Assembly: GCA_964475685.1 (NCBI GenBank)
Contig: CAYYXP010000258.1
Span: 1-63,203 of the forward strand
DNA length: 63,203 nucleotides
Direction: 5' to 3'
DNA from: an uncultured Gemmatimonadaceae bacterium
GTDB lineage: Bacteria > Gemmatimonadota > Gemmatimonadetes > Gemmatimonadales > GWC2-71-9
Shown here: piece by piece, positions 20,766 to 30,601 of the stretch
How positions within the stretch are numbered: position 1 is the stretch's first letter
Layout of the letters: each line of letters begins with the position of its first letter
Program-made: the position numbers and the translations under genes
Notes under the pieces: model-generated
Seen by the model: the letters and a program-made list of their open reading frames with translations, nothing else
Told to the model about the DNA's origin: nothing
Database searches by the model: none

Positions 20766-20867
20766 GGCTGCCATATCGGCAGATTTGTGGGGAACGACCC
20801 TTGCCATGGGGTGGCCAGGCAGGAACGTTGACTCAGTGCCGCGCCATCAGCACGAACGAGGACCACG

Positions 20868-23492
20868 ATGATCCGCCCTGAACGATTGACGCTCAAGGCC
20901 CAGGAGGCCTTCCGCGAGGCCGGCGAGGATGCCCGGCGGCGCGGCAACCCGGTGGTGAACGATGCCCACCTGCTGGCCGCGCTTCTCGCGCAGCCAGAAG
21001 GAGTCGTCCAGCCTCTTCTCCAGAAGGCGGGCCTCAATGTCACCGGGCTCGCCCAGGCCGTCGAACGGGATATCGTCCGGTTCCCCACCCAGCAGGGTGG
21101 TGGGGCCGAGCCGACCTTCAGCCGGGAGCTCAACCGGGTGTTCGACCGGGCGGAGGCGGAGGCGAAGAAGCTGGGGGACTCCTACGTCTCGGCCGAACAT
21201 CTTCTGCTTGCCCTGGTCGAGGAGAAAGGAACGACCGCGCGGGCCCTCCTCACCGAGCAGAACGTGTCGGCGGACCAGCTCCGCGCGGCGCTTCAGGAGG
21301 TACGGGGAAGCCACCGGGTCACCGATCAATCGCCCGAGGGCCAGTACCAGGCGCTGGAACGCTACACCCGCAACCTCACCGAGCTCGCCCGCAAGGGGAA
21401 ACTGGACCCCGTCATCGGTCGCGACGAAGAAGTGCGCCGCGTCATGCAGGTGCTCTCCCGTCGCACCAAGAACAACCCGGTCCTCATCGGCGAGCCGGGG
21501 GTGGGCAAGACGGCCATCGTCGAAGGGCTGGCGCAGCGCATCGTGAATGGCGACGTCCCCGAGTCGCTCCGGCAGCGGGAGCTGGTGGCGCTCGACATCG
21601 GGCAGTTGCTGGCCGGCGCCAAGTACCGGGGCGAGTTCGAGGAGCGGCTCAAGGCGGTGGTGAAGGAGCTGACCCAGAGCGAAGGCAAGTACATCACCTT
21701 CATCGACGAGCTGCATACCATCGTCGGCGCCGGGGCGGCCGAGGGCGCCGTCGACGCCTCCAACATGCTCAAGCCCACGCTCGCCCGCGGCGAGCTTCAC
21801 GTGATCGGGGCGACGACGCTCGACGAGTACCGCAAGCACGCCGAGAAGGACCCCGCCCCCGAGCGCCGCTTCCAGCCGGTGCTGGTGGGGGAGCCGAGCG
21901 TGCCCGACACGATCGCGATCCTGCGCGGGCTCAAGGAGCGGTACGAGGTGCACCACGGCGTCCGCATCACCGACAACGCGCTGGTGGCCGCGGCGACGCT
22001 CTCCGACCGGTACATCGGCGACCGATTCCTTCCCGACAAGGCGATCGACCTGGTGGACGAAGCGGCGAGCCGCATGCGCATCGAGATCGACAGCCTCCCG
22101 CAGGAGATCGACGAGGTGGAGCGGCGGATCATCCAACTCGAGATCCAGCGCCAGGCGCTGCTCAAGGAGAAGGACCGGGCAGGCAAGGAGCGCCTTGCGG
22201 CGGTCGAGCAGGAGATCTCGGAGTTGCGCGAGCGGAGCGCCGGGATGAAGGCGCAGTGGCAGTCGGAAAAGGTCGCGATCCAGGAGATGCAGCGGATCAA
22301 GTCCGAGGCTGAGGGGCTGCGCAACGAGGTGGAGCAGGCCACCCGAAGCGGAGATCTCCAGCGCGCGGCGGAGCTGCGTTACGGCCGGATTCCCGAGCTG
22401 GAGCGTCGGCTGGACGAGGAGCAGCGGCGCCTGCAGGAGGTGCAATCGAAGGTGAAGTACCTCAAGGAAGAGGTGGACGCCGAAGACATCGCCGAGATCG
22501 TGGCCAAGTGGACCGGTATTCCGGTGACCAAGATGCTCGAGAGCGATCGCGAGCGGCTCACCCGCCTCGAGGAGGAGCTCGGCCGGCGCGTGATCGGCCA
22601 GCGCCTTGCGCTGAGCGTGGTGGCCAACGCCGTCCGACGCAGCCGTGCCGGCCTGGGCGATCCCAACCGGCCCACCGGGTCGTTCATCTTCCTGGGCCCC
22701 ACCGGCGTCGGCAAGACGGAGACGGCCCGGGCGCTGGCGGAGTTTCTCTTCGACGACGAGCGGGCGATGGTGCGGCTCGACATGTCCGAGTACATGGAGA
22801 AACACTCGGTCGCCCGGATGATCGGCGCGCCGCCGGGGTACGTCGGGTACGAGGAGGGGGGGCAGCTCACGGAAGCGGTGCGGCGGCGCCCGTACAGCGT
22901 GATTCTCTTCGACGAGATCGAGAAGGCGCATCCCGACGTCTTCAACGTCCTGCTCCAGATCCTCGATGACGGCCGGCTGACCGACAGCCAGGGCCGGGTC
23001 GTGGACTTCCGCAACGCGGTCATCATCATGACCAGCAACATCGGCGGCCAGATCATCATGGATGCCGGCGCGGCCGACGACGCGTCGTGGGTGCCGGTGG
23101 AGGGCAGGGTGCGCGACGAGCTTCGGAACCACTTCCGGCCCGAGTTCCTGAACCGGGTGGACGATATCATCGTCTTCCGGCCGCTGAGCCGGGAAGACCT
23201 GGCCCAGATCGTGGACATCCAGCTGCGGAAGCTCGAGGATCAGCTCGCCGCCCGGCACCTGAAGCTGGAGGTGACGCCGGAAGCGCGCGCGCTTGTCGCG
23301 GCGCAGGGCTACGACCCGGTCTATGGCGCGCGCCCGCTCAAGCGGGTCATCCAGCGGGAGCTCCAGAACCCGATCGCGCTGGAGATGCTGGAGGGCACCT
23401 TCCACGATGGGGACACCATCCGGGTGGAACGGGCGGGGGACCACCTCCAGTTCGTCCGGACGGAAAACGTGCCGGCCAGGGCCAGTGCGTAA
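20868..23492 (+). CDS. clpB: ATP-dependent chaperone ClpB
   Basis: 874 aa. Two AAA modules ([15 protein letters not shown] and [11 protein letters not shown]), a long middle coiled coil, and [12 protein letters not shown]. Confidence 0.95.
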   Translation: MIRPERLTLKAQEAFREAGEDARRRGNPVVNDAHLLAALLAQPEGVVQPLLQKAGLNVTGLAQAVERDIVRFPTQQGGGAEPTFSRELNRVFDRAEAEAKKLGDSYVSAEHLLLALVEEKGTTARALLTEQNVSADQLRAALQEVRGSHRVTDQSPEGQYQALERYTRNLTELARKGKLDPVIGRDEEVRRVMQVLSRRTKNNPVLIGEPGVGKTAIVEGLAQRIVNGDVPESLRQRELVALDIGQLLAGAKYRGEFEERLKAVVKELTQSEGKYITFIDELHTIVGAGAAEGAVDASNMLKPTLARGELHVIGATTLDEYRKHAEKDPAPERRFQPVLVGEPSVPDTIAILRGLKERYEVHHGVRITDNALVAAATLSDRYIGDRFLPDKAIDLVDEAASRMRIEIDSLPQEIDEVERRIIQLEIQRQALLKEKDRAGKERLAAVEQEISELRERSAGMKAQWQSEKVAIQEMQRIKSEAEGLRNEVEQATRSGDLQRAAELRYGRIPELERRLDEEQRRLQEVQSKVKYLKEEVDAEDIAEIVAKWTGIPVTKMLESDRERLTRLEEELGRRVIGQRLALSVVANAVRRSRAGLGDPNRPTGSFIFLGPTGVGKTETARALAEFLFDDERAMVRLDMSEYMEKHSVARMIGAPPGYVGYEEGGQLTEAVRRRPYSVILFDEIEKAHPDVFNVLLQILDDGRLTDSQGRVVDFRNAVIIMTSNIGGQIIMDAGAADDASWVPVEGRVRDELRNHFRPEFLNRVDDIIVFRPLSREDLAQIVDIQLRKLEDQLAARHLKLEVTPEARALVAAQGYDPVYGARPLKRVIQRELQNPIALEMLEGTFHDGDTIRVERAGDHLQFVRTENVPARASA

Positions 23493-23523
23493 AGGGACCC
23501 CGTCGCCGAGCGACCTCGCAGGC

Positions 23524-23952
23524 ATGGAGGCCGCGCTCCGCCTGGCGCGCGCCGCGTCGGCGCGGGAGGAGGTGCCGGTCGGCGCCGTGGTCATCGCCGA
23601 CGGGGAGGTGCTGTCCGAGGCGCACAACGAGACCGTGGGGCGCCGGGACCCGACCGCGCATGCCGAGCTGCTGGCGGTGCATCGGGCGCTGCACCGGGTC
23701 GGCTCCGACCGGCTTCTCCTCGCGACACTTTACGTCACCCTGGAGCCGTGCGCCCAGTGCGCCGGGGCCATCGTCCTCGCCAAGCTCGGCCGCGTGGTTT
23801 TCGGCGCGTATGATCACCGGTGCGGGATGGCGGGGTCGGTCCACGACCTCCTGCGCCATCCCGGTCTCAACCACCACCCCGAGGTCGTGGGGGGCGTAAT
23901 GGAGCAGGAATGCGGTGAGCTTCTGAAGGGGTTCTTTCTCGCCCGCCGGTGA
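23524..23952 (+). CDS. tadA: tRNA adenosine(34) deaminase
   Basis: Deaminase zinc motifs HAELLA and PCAQCAGA; 142 aa. The ATG at 23524 lies inside ORF 23293-23952. Confidence 0.9.
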   Translation: MEAALRLARAASAREEVPVGAVVIADGEVLSEAHNETVGRRDPTAHAELLAVHRALHRVGSDRLLLATLYVTLEPCAQCAGAIVLAKLGRVVFGAYDHRCGMAGSVHDLLRHPGLNHHPEVVGGVMEQECGELLKGFFLARR

Positions 23953-24029
23953 CCGGGCGGGGCGACTCACCCGCTGGAAAACTCCATCCGCTTCGTGTAA
24001 CCTTCCCGCCCCGAGGAGTCGTGGCTCGA

Positions 24030-24116
24030 GGACAGGTGTCCGAGTGGCTGAAGGAGCCGGTCTCGAAAACCGGTGTACCCGTAAGGGTACCGTGGGTTCG
24101 AATCCCACCCTGTCCG
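24030..24116 (+). tRNA. tRNA-Ser (anticodon CGA)
   Basis: Acceptor GGACAGG/CCTGTCC; anticodon arm CCGGT-CTCGAAA-ACCGG; long variable arm; T arm GTGGG-TTCGAAT-CCCAC; discriminator G. No encoded CCA. Confidence 0.9.
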
Positions 24117-24144
24117 TTTTCCTGCCGGATCGTGGTTCCTTTCG

Positions 24145-25182
24145 GTGGCCGACATGTCCGGACGCCCTTTGCATACTGACCCGATGCACCGCCCGGTCGG
24201 CGCCGCGCTCGCGGGCTCCCTGCTCGGGCAAGCGCTCGGCGACGCGCTCGGGTTCGTGGTCGAGGCGGCGCCTCCCGACGTCGCCGCCGAGTACGTGGAA
24301 TCCTGCCTCCTGGCGGGCGGGGCCGGGAGCCGGTCCCACCACGCCTTTCCCTTCGGTCAATACTCCGACGACACCCAGCTCGCCCGCGAGGTCCTCCGCA
24401 GCGTCGTGGCGGCGGGCCGATGGGACCCGGCTGAGTTCGCGCGAGGGGTCGCCGCGCTCTTCCGGGACGGCCGCGACGTCGGGGCGGGGCCAGGCACCCG
24501 GTCGGCCGCGGAGCGACTGCTCGAAGGCGTGAATTGGCGGGATGCGGGCCGGCCCGCACCCTACGCCGGCAATGGGAGCGCCATGCGCGCCGCCCCGCTC
24601 GGCATCCTGTTCCGCGACGACGCGACTCAGATGCTTCGCGCCTCGCGGGAGCAGAGCCTGGTCACCCATCGCGATCCGCGCTGCGCGGCCGGAGCGATCG
24701 CGGTGGCCGGCGCGGCGGCGCTGGCGTCGTCGGTCGAGCGGATTGTTCCGGACGAGTTCCTCGGACGCCTCGCCGCTTGGGCAGGCGAGGAAGATCGCTC
24801 CGTGGCGGACGCGATCCTCGCCGTCACCCCGTGGCTGGACCTCGGCCCCGCCGAGGCCGCCCGGCGGCTTCACCAGGCCGGCCTGGACGCGGAGCACGCG
24901 GACAGCTGGCGTGGCATCTCGACCTTCGTGACGCCGAGCGTCATATGGAGCCTCTACGCCTTCCTCCGTTCGCCCGACGACTATTGGGCGACGATCTGTA
25001 CCGCGATCGGCGTGGGCGGCGACACCGACACGATGGCCGCCATGGCCGGAGCGATCAGCGGGGCTCGGGGAGGAGTCGAGGTTCTCCCGAAGCCGTTGCT
25101 TGCCACGCTCAACGATCGGGGCGCGTGGACCGCGGAGGACCTGGCGCGGCTCGCGCGGGAGAGCGCGCTGATCGCGTTGTGA
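24145..25182 (+). CDS. ADP-ribosylglycohydrolase family protein
   Basis: [40 protein letters not shown] and [17 protein letters not shown] match the ARH/DraG family. The start is ambiguous (GTG 24145, ATG 24154 or ATG 24184). Confidence 0.8.
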   Translation: MADMSGRPLHTDPMHRPVGAALAGSLLGQALGDALGFVVEAAPPDVAAEYVESCLLAGGAGSRSHHAFPFGQYSDDTQLAREVLRSVVAAGRWDPAEFARGVAALFRDGRDVGAGPGTRSAAERLLEGVNWRDAGRPAPYAGNGSAMRAAPLGILFRDDATQMLRASREQSLVTHRDPRCAAGAIAVAGAAALASSVERIVPDEFLGRLAAWAGEEDRSVADAILAVTPWLDLGPAEAARRLHQAGLDAEHADSWRGISTFVTPSVIWSLYAFLRSPDDYWATICTAIGVGGDTDTMAAMAGAISGARGGVEVLPKPLLATLNDRGAWTAEDLARLARESALIAL

Positions 25183-25241
25183 GCGCCCGGGCGGGAGTGT
25201 TATTCTTGCCGGGGAGTGTCCCCCCTCACGTCGGCGAGGCG

Positions 25242-26234
25242 ATGATGGCGCACGGACGGATCTACCACGACGTCACCGAAACCGTCGGCAATACGCCGCT
25301 CATCCGGCTCAATCGTCTGGGCAGCGGATTGCCGGGCCGCATCGTCATCAAGCACGAAGGCTACAATCCGTACGACTCGGTGAAGGATCGCATCGGCGCC
25401 GCGATGATCAACGACGCCGTGGAGAAGGGGCGCCTCAGGCCCGGCATGCTCATCGTCGAGCCGACGAGCGGGAACACCGGCATCGGGCTGGCGTACGTCG
25501 CCGCCGCGCGCGGCTATCGCTGCATCTTCACCATGCCGGAGACGATGACGCTCGAGCGGCGGCACCTCTTGCGCGCGCTGGGTGCCAAGGTCGTTCTGAC
25601 CGAGGGACTGAAGGGGATGAAGGGTGCGATCGCCCGAGCGGAGGAGATTCTCGCGCGGCTGGGCGACCGCGGATGGATGCCGCGGCAGTTCGACAATCCG
25701 GCCAACCCGGCCATCCATTACCGCACCACCGGGCCGGAGATCTGGGCCGACACCGAAGGGAAGATCGATGTCTTCGTGGCCGGCGTGGGCACCGGCGGCA
25801 CCATCACCGGCGCGGGGCGATTTCTGCGGGAGCAGAACCCGTCGATCAGGATCGTGGCGGTCGAACCGGCCGAAAGCCCGGTGCTGTCGGGTGGCCAGCC
25901 CTCGCCCCACAAGCAGCAGGGAATCGGGGCGGGATTCATCCCGGGGAACCTCGATACGAAGATCTACGACGAGGTGATCCGGGTCGGCAACGACGACGCG
26001 ATTGCCACCGCGCGTCGGCTGGCGCGGGACGAGGCGATCTTCGCCGGCATCTCGAGCGGCTCCATCACCTGGGCGGCGCTTCAGGTGGCGTCGCGCCCGG
26101 AGAACGCCGGCAAGCTGATCGTCTCCATCATCTGCGATTTCGGCGAGCGCTATCTCTCCAATCCGGTGTACACCGAACTGCCCGATCCCGACTTCACGGA
26201 TGTGGAGGACGCGCTGCAGCAGCCGGCGGTCTGA
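25242..26234 (+). CDS. cysK: Cysteine synthase A (O-acetylserine sulfhydrylase)
   Basis: [14 protein letters not shown] lysine [31 protein letters not shown]. The ATG at 25242 lies inside the composite ORF 24534-26234. Confidence 0.9.
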   Translation: MMAHGRIYHDVTETVGNTPLIRLNRLGSGLPGRIVIKHEGYNPYDSVKDRIGAAMINDAVEKGRLRPGMLIVEPTSGNTGIGLAYVAAARGYRCIFTMPETMTLERRHLLRALGAKVVLTEGLKGMKGAIARAEEILARLGDRGWMPRQFDNPANPAIHYRTTGPEIWADTEGKIDVFVAGVGTGGTITGAGRFLREQNPSIRIVAVEPAESPVLSGGQPSPHKQQGIGAGFIPGNLDTKIYDEVIRVGNDDAIATARRLARDEAIFAGISSGSITWAALQVASRPENAGKLIVSIICDFGERYLSNPVYTELPDPDFTDVEDALQQPAV

Positions 26235-26262
26235 GCCGCACGTTCCCGGTCGTTGTTTTCGG

Positions 26263-26342
26263 CACCAGCTGGTGATGTGCTGTACATGTATGAGCTATGT
26301 ATCCGTAGTACAGAGACTTACGCTCACCACTTAAAGTTGTTT
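26263..26342. promoter_or_regulatory. Candidate operator/promoter block upstream of the type III glutamine synthetase gene
   Basis: Perfect 12-bp palindrome CACCAGCTGGTG (26263-26274). Inverted repeat CTGTAC (26280-85) / GTACAG (26308-13) enclosing two ATGTAT copies 11 bp apart. AT-rich motif AGACTTACGCTCACCACTTAAAGTTGTTT (26314-26342). Function not established. Confidence 0.3.
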
Positions 26343-26473
26343 ATGTCGTCGCCGACGGCCGGCGACGGCGGAGTGGATCTGCTCCGCCGCGAGTGTTTCC
26401 GGGCCCCGGTGCCGCTCATGGTTACTTTTGGCGGTTCCCGTCCACCACCATTTCATTCGAGGCACACGCACCC

Positions 26474-28597
26474 GTGACTCAGCCCGAGCGCATCGACACC
26501 ATCTTCGGCAGCGACACCTTCTCCCGCACGACCATGAGGCAGCGGCTGCCCAAGGAGGTGTACCGGAGCCTCCTGCGCACCATCGACGAGGGCGAGCCGC
26601 TCGATCCGGCGGTCGCCGACGTGGTCGCGGCGAGCATGAAGGATTGGGCGATCGAGAACGGCGCCTCGCACTACACCCACTGGTTTCAACCGCTCACCGG
26701 CCTCACCGCCGAGAAACATGACTCTCTCGCCGCGCCGGACGGGGCGGGTGGCGTGGTCTTCAATTTCTCGGGGTCGGAGCTGGTGCAGGGCGAGCCCGAT
26801 GCCTCGAGTTTCCCGTCGGGGGGCATCCGCGCCACCTTCGAGGCCCGGGGCTACACCGCGTGGGACGCGACGAGCCCGGCCTTCCTGATGCGCGGCGAGA
26901 ACAACGTTACGCTGTGCATCCCCACTGCCTTCGTCTCGTGGACCGGCGAGGCGCTCGACACCAAGATCCCCCTCCTCCGTTCCGTGGAAGCGCTCTCGAA
27001 GCAGGCGGTCAGGATCCTCCGGATCTTCGGCGCCGACGAGGGCATCACACGGGTGTACACCACGGTCGGTCCGGAGCAGGAATACTTCCTGGTGGACCGC
27101 GACCTCTACTTCAAGCGGCCCGATCTCCTGATCTGCGAGCGCACCCTCTTCGGCGCCAAGCCCCCCAAGGGCCAGCAGCTCGAGGACCATTACTTCGGCA
27201 CCATTCCTCCGCGCGTCCTCGCCTTCATGGCGGAGTCGGAGCGCGAGCTCTACCGGCTCGGCGTTCCGGTGAAGACCCGGCACAACGAGGTGGCGCCGGG
27301 GCAATACGAGATCGCCCCCCTCTTCGAGCCGAGCCAGATCGCGGGCGACCACCAGATGCTGATCATGGAGGCGTTGAAGCGGGTCGCACCGCGCTTCGGA
27401 CTTCAGGCGCTCCTCCACGAGAAGCCGTTCGCCGGGGTGAATGGATCGGGGAAGCACAACAACTGGTCGATGTCCACCAACACGGGGGTGAACCTGCTCG
27501 ACCCCCGGGACGACACCCACACGAACATGCAGTTCCTGGTCTTCCTCGTCGCGACCATCCGCGCCGTGGATCTCCACGCCGATCTGCTGCGCGCGTCCAT
27601 CGCGTCCGCGGCGAACGATCACCGGCTCGGCGCCAACGAGGCGCCGCCCGCCATCATCTCGATCTTCCTCGGCAAGATGCTCCTCGACATCCTGGAGCAG
27701 GTGGAGCGTGGCCTCCCCAGGCGCACCATTCGGGGCGGGACGCTCGACCTCGGCGCCACGACGCTGCCGCAGCTTCCGCGGCACAGCGGCGACCGCAATC
27801 GGACGTCGCCGTTCGCGTTCACCGGGAACAAGTTCGAGTTCCGCGCGGTGGGGTCGAGCGCCAGCATCGCCTGGCCGAATACGGTGCTCAACACCATCGT
27901 CGCCGAATCGCTCGACTACGTCGCGACGGAGCTCGAGCGGACGGTCGGCGCCAGGCCGTCGCCCTCCCGCCTCCAGTCAGGCGTGCTCTCCGTGCTCAAG
28001 AAGTTGATCAAGAAGCACAAGCGCGTGCTCTTCGACGGCGACAACTACACCGAGGAGTGGCATCGGGAGGCGGAGCGGCGTGGATTGCCGAACCTGCGGG
28101 ACTCGGTGGCCGCGTTCCAGGTGCTGCGAGCCAGGAAGAACGTGGACATCTTCAGGAAGTACGGCGTGCTCACCAGGTCGGAGTACGAGTCCCGGATCCA
28201 CGTCCAGCTCGAGAAGTACGTGAAGCAGCTCGGCATCGAAGCCGAGACGATGGTCTCGATGGCGAGGAGTCACATCCTGCCCGCGGCGCTGGAGCACCAG
28301 CGGAGGGTGGCGGAGACGGTGGTTGCCACCAAGGCAGCCGGTGTGGACGCGGCCGACTCGGCGGGAGCGCTACGGGACTTCGTGTCGCTGGTGACCGAGT
28401 TCCGGAAGCGGACGGCGGAGGTCGAGCGGCTGGCTGCCCATCACGACGCCGACGCGGCGAAGCACGCCGCGCAGATCAACAGGGTGCTCAAGCCGGCGAT
28501 GGAGCGGTTGCGCGAGGTGGGTGACGGGCTCGAGGTGCAGGTCGCGGCCGACCTGTGGCCGATGCCGAACTACCGGGATCTGCTCTTCTTGAAGTGA
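26474..28597 (+). CDS. glnN: Glutamine synthetase, type III
   Basis: [57 protein letters not shown] and the long C-terminal extension are typical of GSIII. The start is taken at GTG 26474 (GAGG 11 nt upstream); an alternative GTG lies at 26393. Confidence 0.9.
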   Translation: MTQPERIDTIFGSDTFSRTTMRQRLPKEVYRSLLRTIDEGEPLDPAVADVVAASMKDWAIENGASHYTHWFQPLTGLTAEKHDSLAAPDGAGGVVFNFSGSELVQGEPDASSFPSGGIRATFEARGYTAWDATSPAFLMRGENNVTLCIPTAFVSWTGEALDTKIPLLRSVEALSKQAVRILRIFGADEGITRVYTTVGPEQEYFLVDRDLYFKRPDLLICERTLFGAKPPKGQQLEDHYFGTIPPRVLAFMAESERELYRLGVPVKTRHNEVAPGQYEIAPLFEPSQIAGDHQMLIMEALKRVAPRFGLQALLHEKPFAGVNGSGKHNNWSMSTNTGVNLLDPRDDTHTNMQFLVFLVATIRAVDLHADLLRASIASAANDHRLGANEAPPAIISIFLGKMLLDILEQVERGLPRRTIRGGTLDLGATTLPQLPRHSGDRNRTSPFAFTGNKFEFRAVGSSASIAWPNTVLNTIVAESLDYVATELERTVGARPSPSRLQSGVLSVLKKLIKKHKRVLFDGDNYTEEWHREAERRGLPNLRDSVAAFQVLRARKNVDIFRKYGVLTRSEYESRIHVQLEKYVKQLGIEAETMVSMARSHILPAALEHQRRVAETVVATKAAGVDAADSAGALRDFVSLVTEFRKRTAEVERLAAHHDADAAKHAAQINRVLKPAMERLREVGDGLEVQVAADLWPMPNYRDLLFLK

Positions 28598-28643
28598 CGT
28601 TGTCGGCTATCGGAGGCTGATGGCTGTGGCCGAGAGCGGCTTT

Positions 28644-29138
28644 CTAGAGAGGCCACCCCCCGGGACGCTCGCGGGTGAGGAGGAACAGGTCGGCAGGGCA
28701 CTTTGCGGGGGTGATGACCCCGGCCATCGCCTGGAAGGCCAGCACTTCTTCGGGCGATGTGTCGGGGTCGAAGTAGATGGCGAGGGCCTCGACGAGCATC
28801 GGGCGATCGGGGCGGGCGAGCCCCTCGACCCAGGGATGAGGGTCGCTCAGGCGGCGTCGCTCGAGGCGAACCCGGACGGCGCCGTCGAGCCAGCAAGGGA
28901 GTGAGGCCAGGTCATCGAGGAGGGGTTCGCTGAGGAGGAGGCTCTCTCCCTCCGGTGTCACGGCGCCGAACCGCATTCTGCCCCGCTCGTTGCGGCGATG
29001 GATCACCGTTCCCCAATGGAAGCGGGGGGGGCCGTGGTGGTACCAATCCAGGACCCGAATGAGCTGTTCTCTGAGTGCGTCAACTACAAGAGGTGATTGC
29101 ATATCGCCCGCAGTTGTCCAGGGCTCACTCGGCTGCAT
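28644..29138 (-). CDS. Hypothetical protein (no family recognised)
   Basis: Minus-strand ORF. Third-position G+C, counted by eye over about 85 codons, is higher than in the overlapping + ORF 28620-28904. GGGAAGGA lies about 10 nt upstream of ATG 29138; alternative starts are 29102 and 29231. The sequence is balanced and non-repetitive (LVVDALREQLIRVLDWYHHGPPRFHWG...). Confidence 0.5.
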   Translation of the reverse strand: MQPSEPWTTAGDMQSPLVVDALREQLIRVLDWYHHGPPRFHWGTVIHRRNERGRMRFGAVTPEGESLLLSEPLLDDLASLPCWLDGAVRVRLERRRLSDPHPWVEGLARPDRPMLVEALAIYFDPDTSPEEVLAFQAMAGVITPAKCPADLFLLTRERPGGWPL

Positions 29139-29161
29139 GAATGGGGGATCCTTCCCTCTCA

Positions 29162-29175
29162 CATTCTGCAGAATG
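29162..29175. promoter_or_regulatory. Perfect 14-bp palindrome in a divergent promoter region
   Basis: CATTCTGCAGAATG lies between the minus-strand hypothetical gene (start 29138) and the aminotransferase gene (start 29246). Confidence 0.3.
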
Positions 29176-29245
29176 CGGGCCACGGCGTCGTGATCCCCAC
29201 CCCTGGCGCCACCCGCCCGCCCCCGGCACAATTCGCTCCGCCATC

Positions 29246-30601
29246 ATGACATCCTACAGTGACCCCTCTTCCCACGTCTTCTACCGGAATCTGACGCGCG
29301 ACTTTCCGCGCATCGTCCGGGGCGAGGGGTGTTACCTGTATGATGCGGAAGGCCGCCGGTATCTCGATGGCAGCGGCGGCGCCTTCGTCGCCAACCTCGG
29401 CCACGGCGTGGGCGAGATCGCCGAGGCGATGGGCGCGCAGGCTCGGCGGCTCGGCTATGTGAACGGGACGATGTTCACCCACGACGCGGTCGAGGAGCTG
29501 GCGGCGGAAATAGCGGCCCTCTCGCCCGGCGACCTCGAGCTGGTCTATCCCCTGGCCAGCGGCTCGGAGGCGGTGGAAGCGGCGCTCAAGATGGCCCGGC
29601 AATACTGGGTCGAGACAGGACGGCCGGGCAAGCACAAGATCGTGGCGCTTTCCCCCGGCTACCACGGGAACACTCTGCTGGCTCTCAGCGCCTCCGCGCG
29701 AGAACACTACAAGACGTACTTTCGCGAGTGGCTGGTGGAGGTGGTGCGGGTGCCGGCGCCCTATCCGTACCGGTGCGAGTGCAGAGGCGCACCGCCGCAC
29801 TGCCCGTCGTGCAGCGGCGAGGCCGTCGAGGCCGCGTTGCTGCGGGAAGGTCCGGAAACGGTGGCGGCGGTGATCGCCGAGCCGGTCGGCGGCTCCTCCA
29901 GCGGCGCCTCGGTTCCGCAGCCCGGGTATTGGCGGAGGGTGCGCGAGGCATGCGACCGGCACGGCGTCCTGCTCATCGCCGACGAAGTGCTGACGGGCGC
30001 CGGGCGCACCGGCACCTGGTCGGCCCTCGAGCCGTACGGCGTCGTGCCCGACTTGATGACGCTGGGGAAGGGGATCAGCGGAGGGTACGTTCCCCTCTCC
30101 GCACTGGTCGCGCCGAGGCGGCTGGTGGATGTGCTCGCGCGGGGGTCTGGCGCGTTGCTGCATGCGCAGACATTCTCCCACCATCCGACCCTGTGCGCGG
30201 CCGGGGTCGCGGCGATCAGGTATCTGCGCGACCACGAGCTGGTCCAGCGTTGCGCCGTGATGGGAACGGCGTTTCATCAGCGGTTGGAAATCCTGCGCGA
30301 GTTTCCGGCTGTCGGCGATGTGCGGGGCAGAGGGTTGCTGGCGGGGATCGAGTTCGTGGCGGACCGCGCCACCCGCGAGCCCTTCCCCCGGTCGGCGCGC
30401 TTCGCCGAGCGATTCGCGGCGGCGGCTCTCGAGGTCGGACTGGTGGTCTGGCCCAACGTGGGTCAGGCGGACGGCACCAACGGTGACCTGGCCATGCTGG
30501 CCCCGCCGTTCATCGTAACCGAGGAGCAGGTTGACGAGATGGTTCACCTCTTCGGACGCGCCCTTGCGGCGACCGTCGAGAGCATGGGGGCGGCGACATG
30601 A
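29246..30601 (+). CDS. Class-III (omega) aminotransferase, PLP-dependent
   Basis: CYLYDAEGRRYLDGSGGAFVANLGHG, SGSEAVEAALKMAR, LLIADEVLTGAGRTG, PLP lysine LGKGISGGY. Confidence 0.85.
   Translation: MTSYSDPSSHVFYRNLTRDFPRIVRGEGCYLYDAEGRRYLDGSGGAFVANLGHGVGEIAEAMGAQARRLGYVNGTMFTHDAVEELAAEIAALSPGDLELVYPLASGSEAVEAALKMARQYWVETGRPGKHKIVALSPGYHGNTLLALSASAREHYKTYFREWLVEVVRVPAPYPYRCECRGAPPHCPSCSGEAVEAALLREGPETVAAVIAEPVGGSSSGASVPQPGYWRRVREACDRHGVLLIADEVLTGAGRTGTWSALEPYGVVPDLMTLGKGISGGYVPLSALVAPRRLVDVLARGSGALLHAQTFSHHPTLCAAGVAAIRYLRDHELVQRCAVMGTAFHQRLEILREFPAVGDVRGRGLLAGIEFVADRATREPFPRSARFAERFAAAALEVGLVVWPNVGQADGTNGDLAMLAPPFIVTEEQVDEMVHLFGRALAATVESMGAAT

Noticed and set aside
20766-20867. A heat-shock (sigma-32-type or CIRCE) promoter upstream of clpB.
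   Set aside because: TTGACT at 20828 is followed at 17 nt by a poor -10 (CACGAA). No CTTGAAA...CCCCAT pair or CIRCE inverted repeat is found, so I could not support any promoter call.
26261-26276. A sigma-54 promoter or NtrC site overlapping the CACCAGCTGGTG palindrome upstream of the glutamine synthetase gene.
   Set aside because: GGCAC is present, but the base pair expected 12 nt downstream of the GG (the -12 GC) is TG, not GC. The NtrC-like half-sites GCACCA/TGGTGA are spaced by 2 nt, whereas I recall a 3-nt spacer in the consensus TGCACCA-N3-TGGTGCA. I kept it only as a generic palindrome.
26343-26473. A glutamine riboswitch (glnA RNA motif) in the glutamine synthetase leader.
   Set aside because: I could not find the conserved core strings I recall for that motif (CGUUCA, GGAAGUAGG, AAGGAACG).
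28602-28613. A 12-nt identity, GTCGGCTATCGG, between the spacer after the glutamine synthetase gene and the inverted copy at 48916-48927 in the moxR-DUF58 spacer. This could have been a REP-like element.
   Set aside because: By rough estimate, hundreds of 12-nt matches are expected by chance between the two strands of a 63-kb GC-biased sequence. The similarity does not extend beyond 12 nt.
28620-28904. 94-aa + strand ORF downstream of the glutamine synthetase gene.
   Set aside because: It shares codon boundaries with the minus-strand ORF 28644-29138. The minus-strand ORF has higher third-position G+C (by eye) and a more protein-like sequence, so the + ORF is treated as its antisense shadow.
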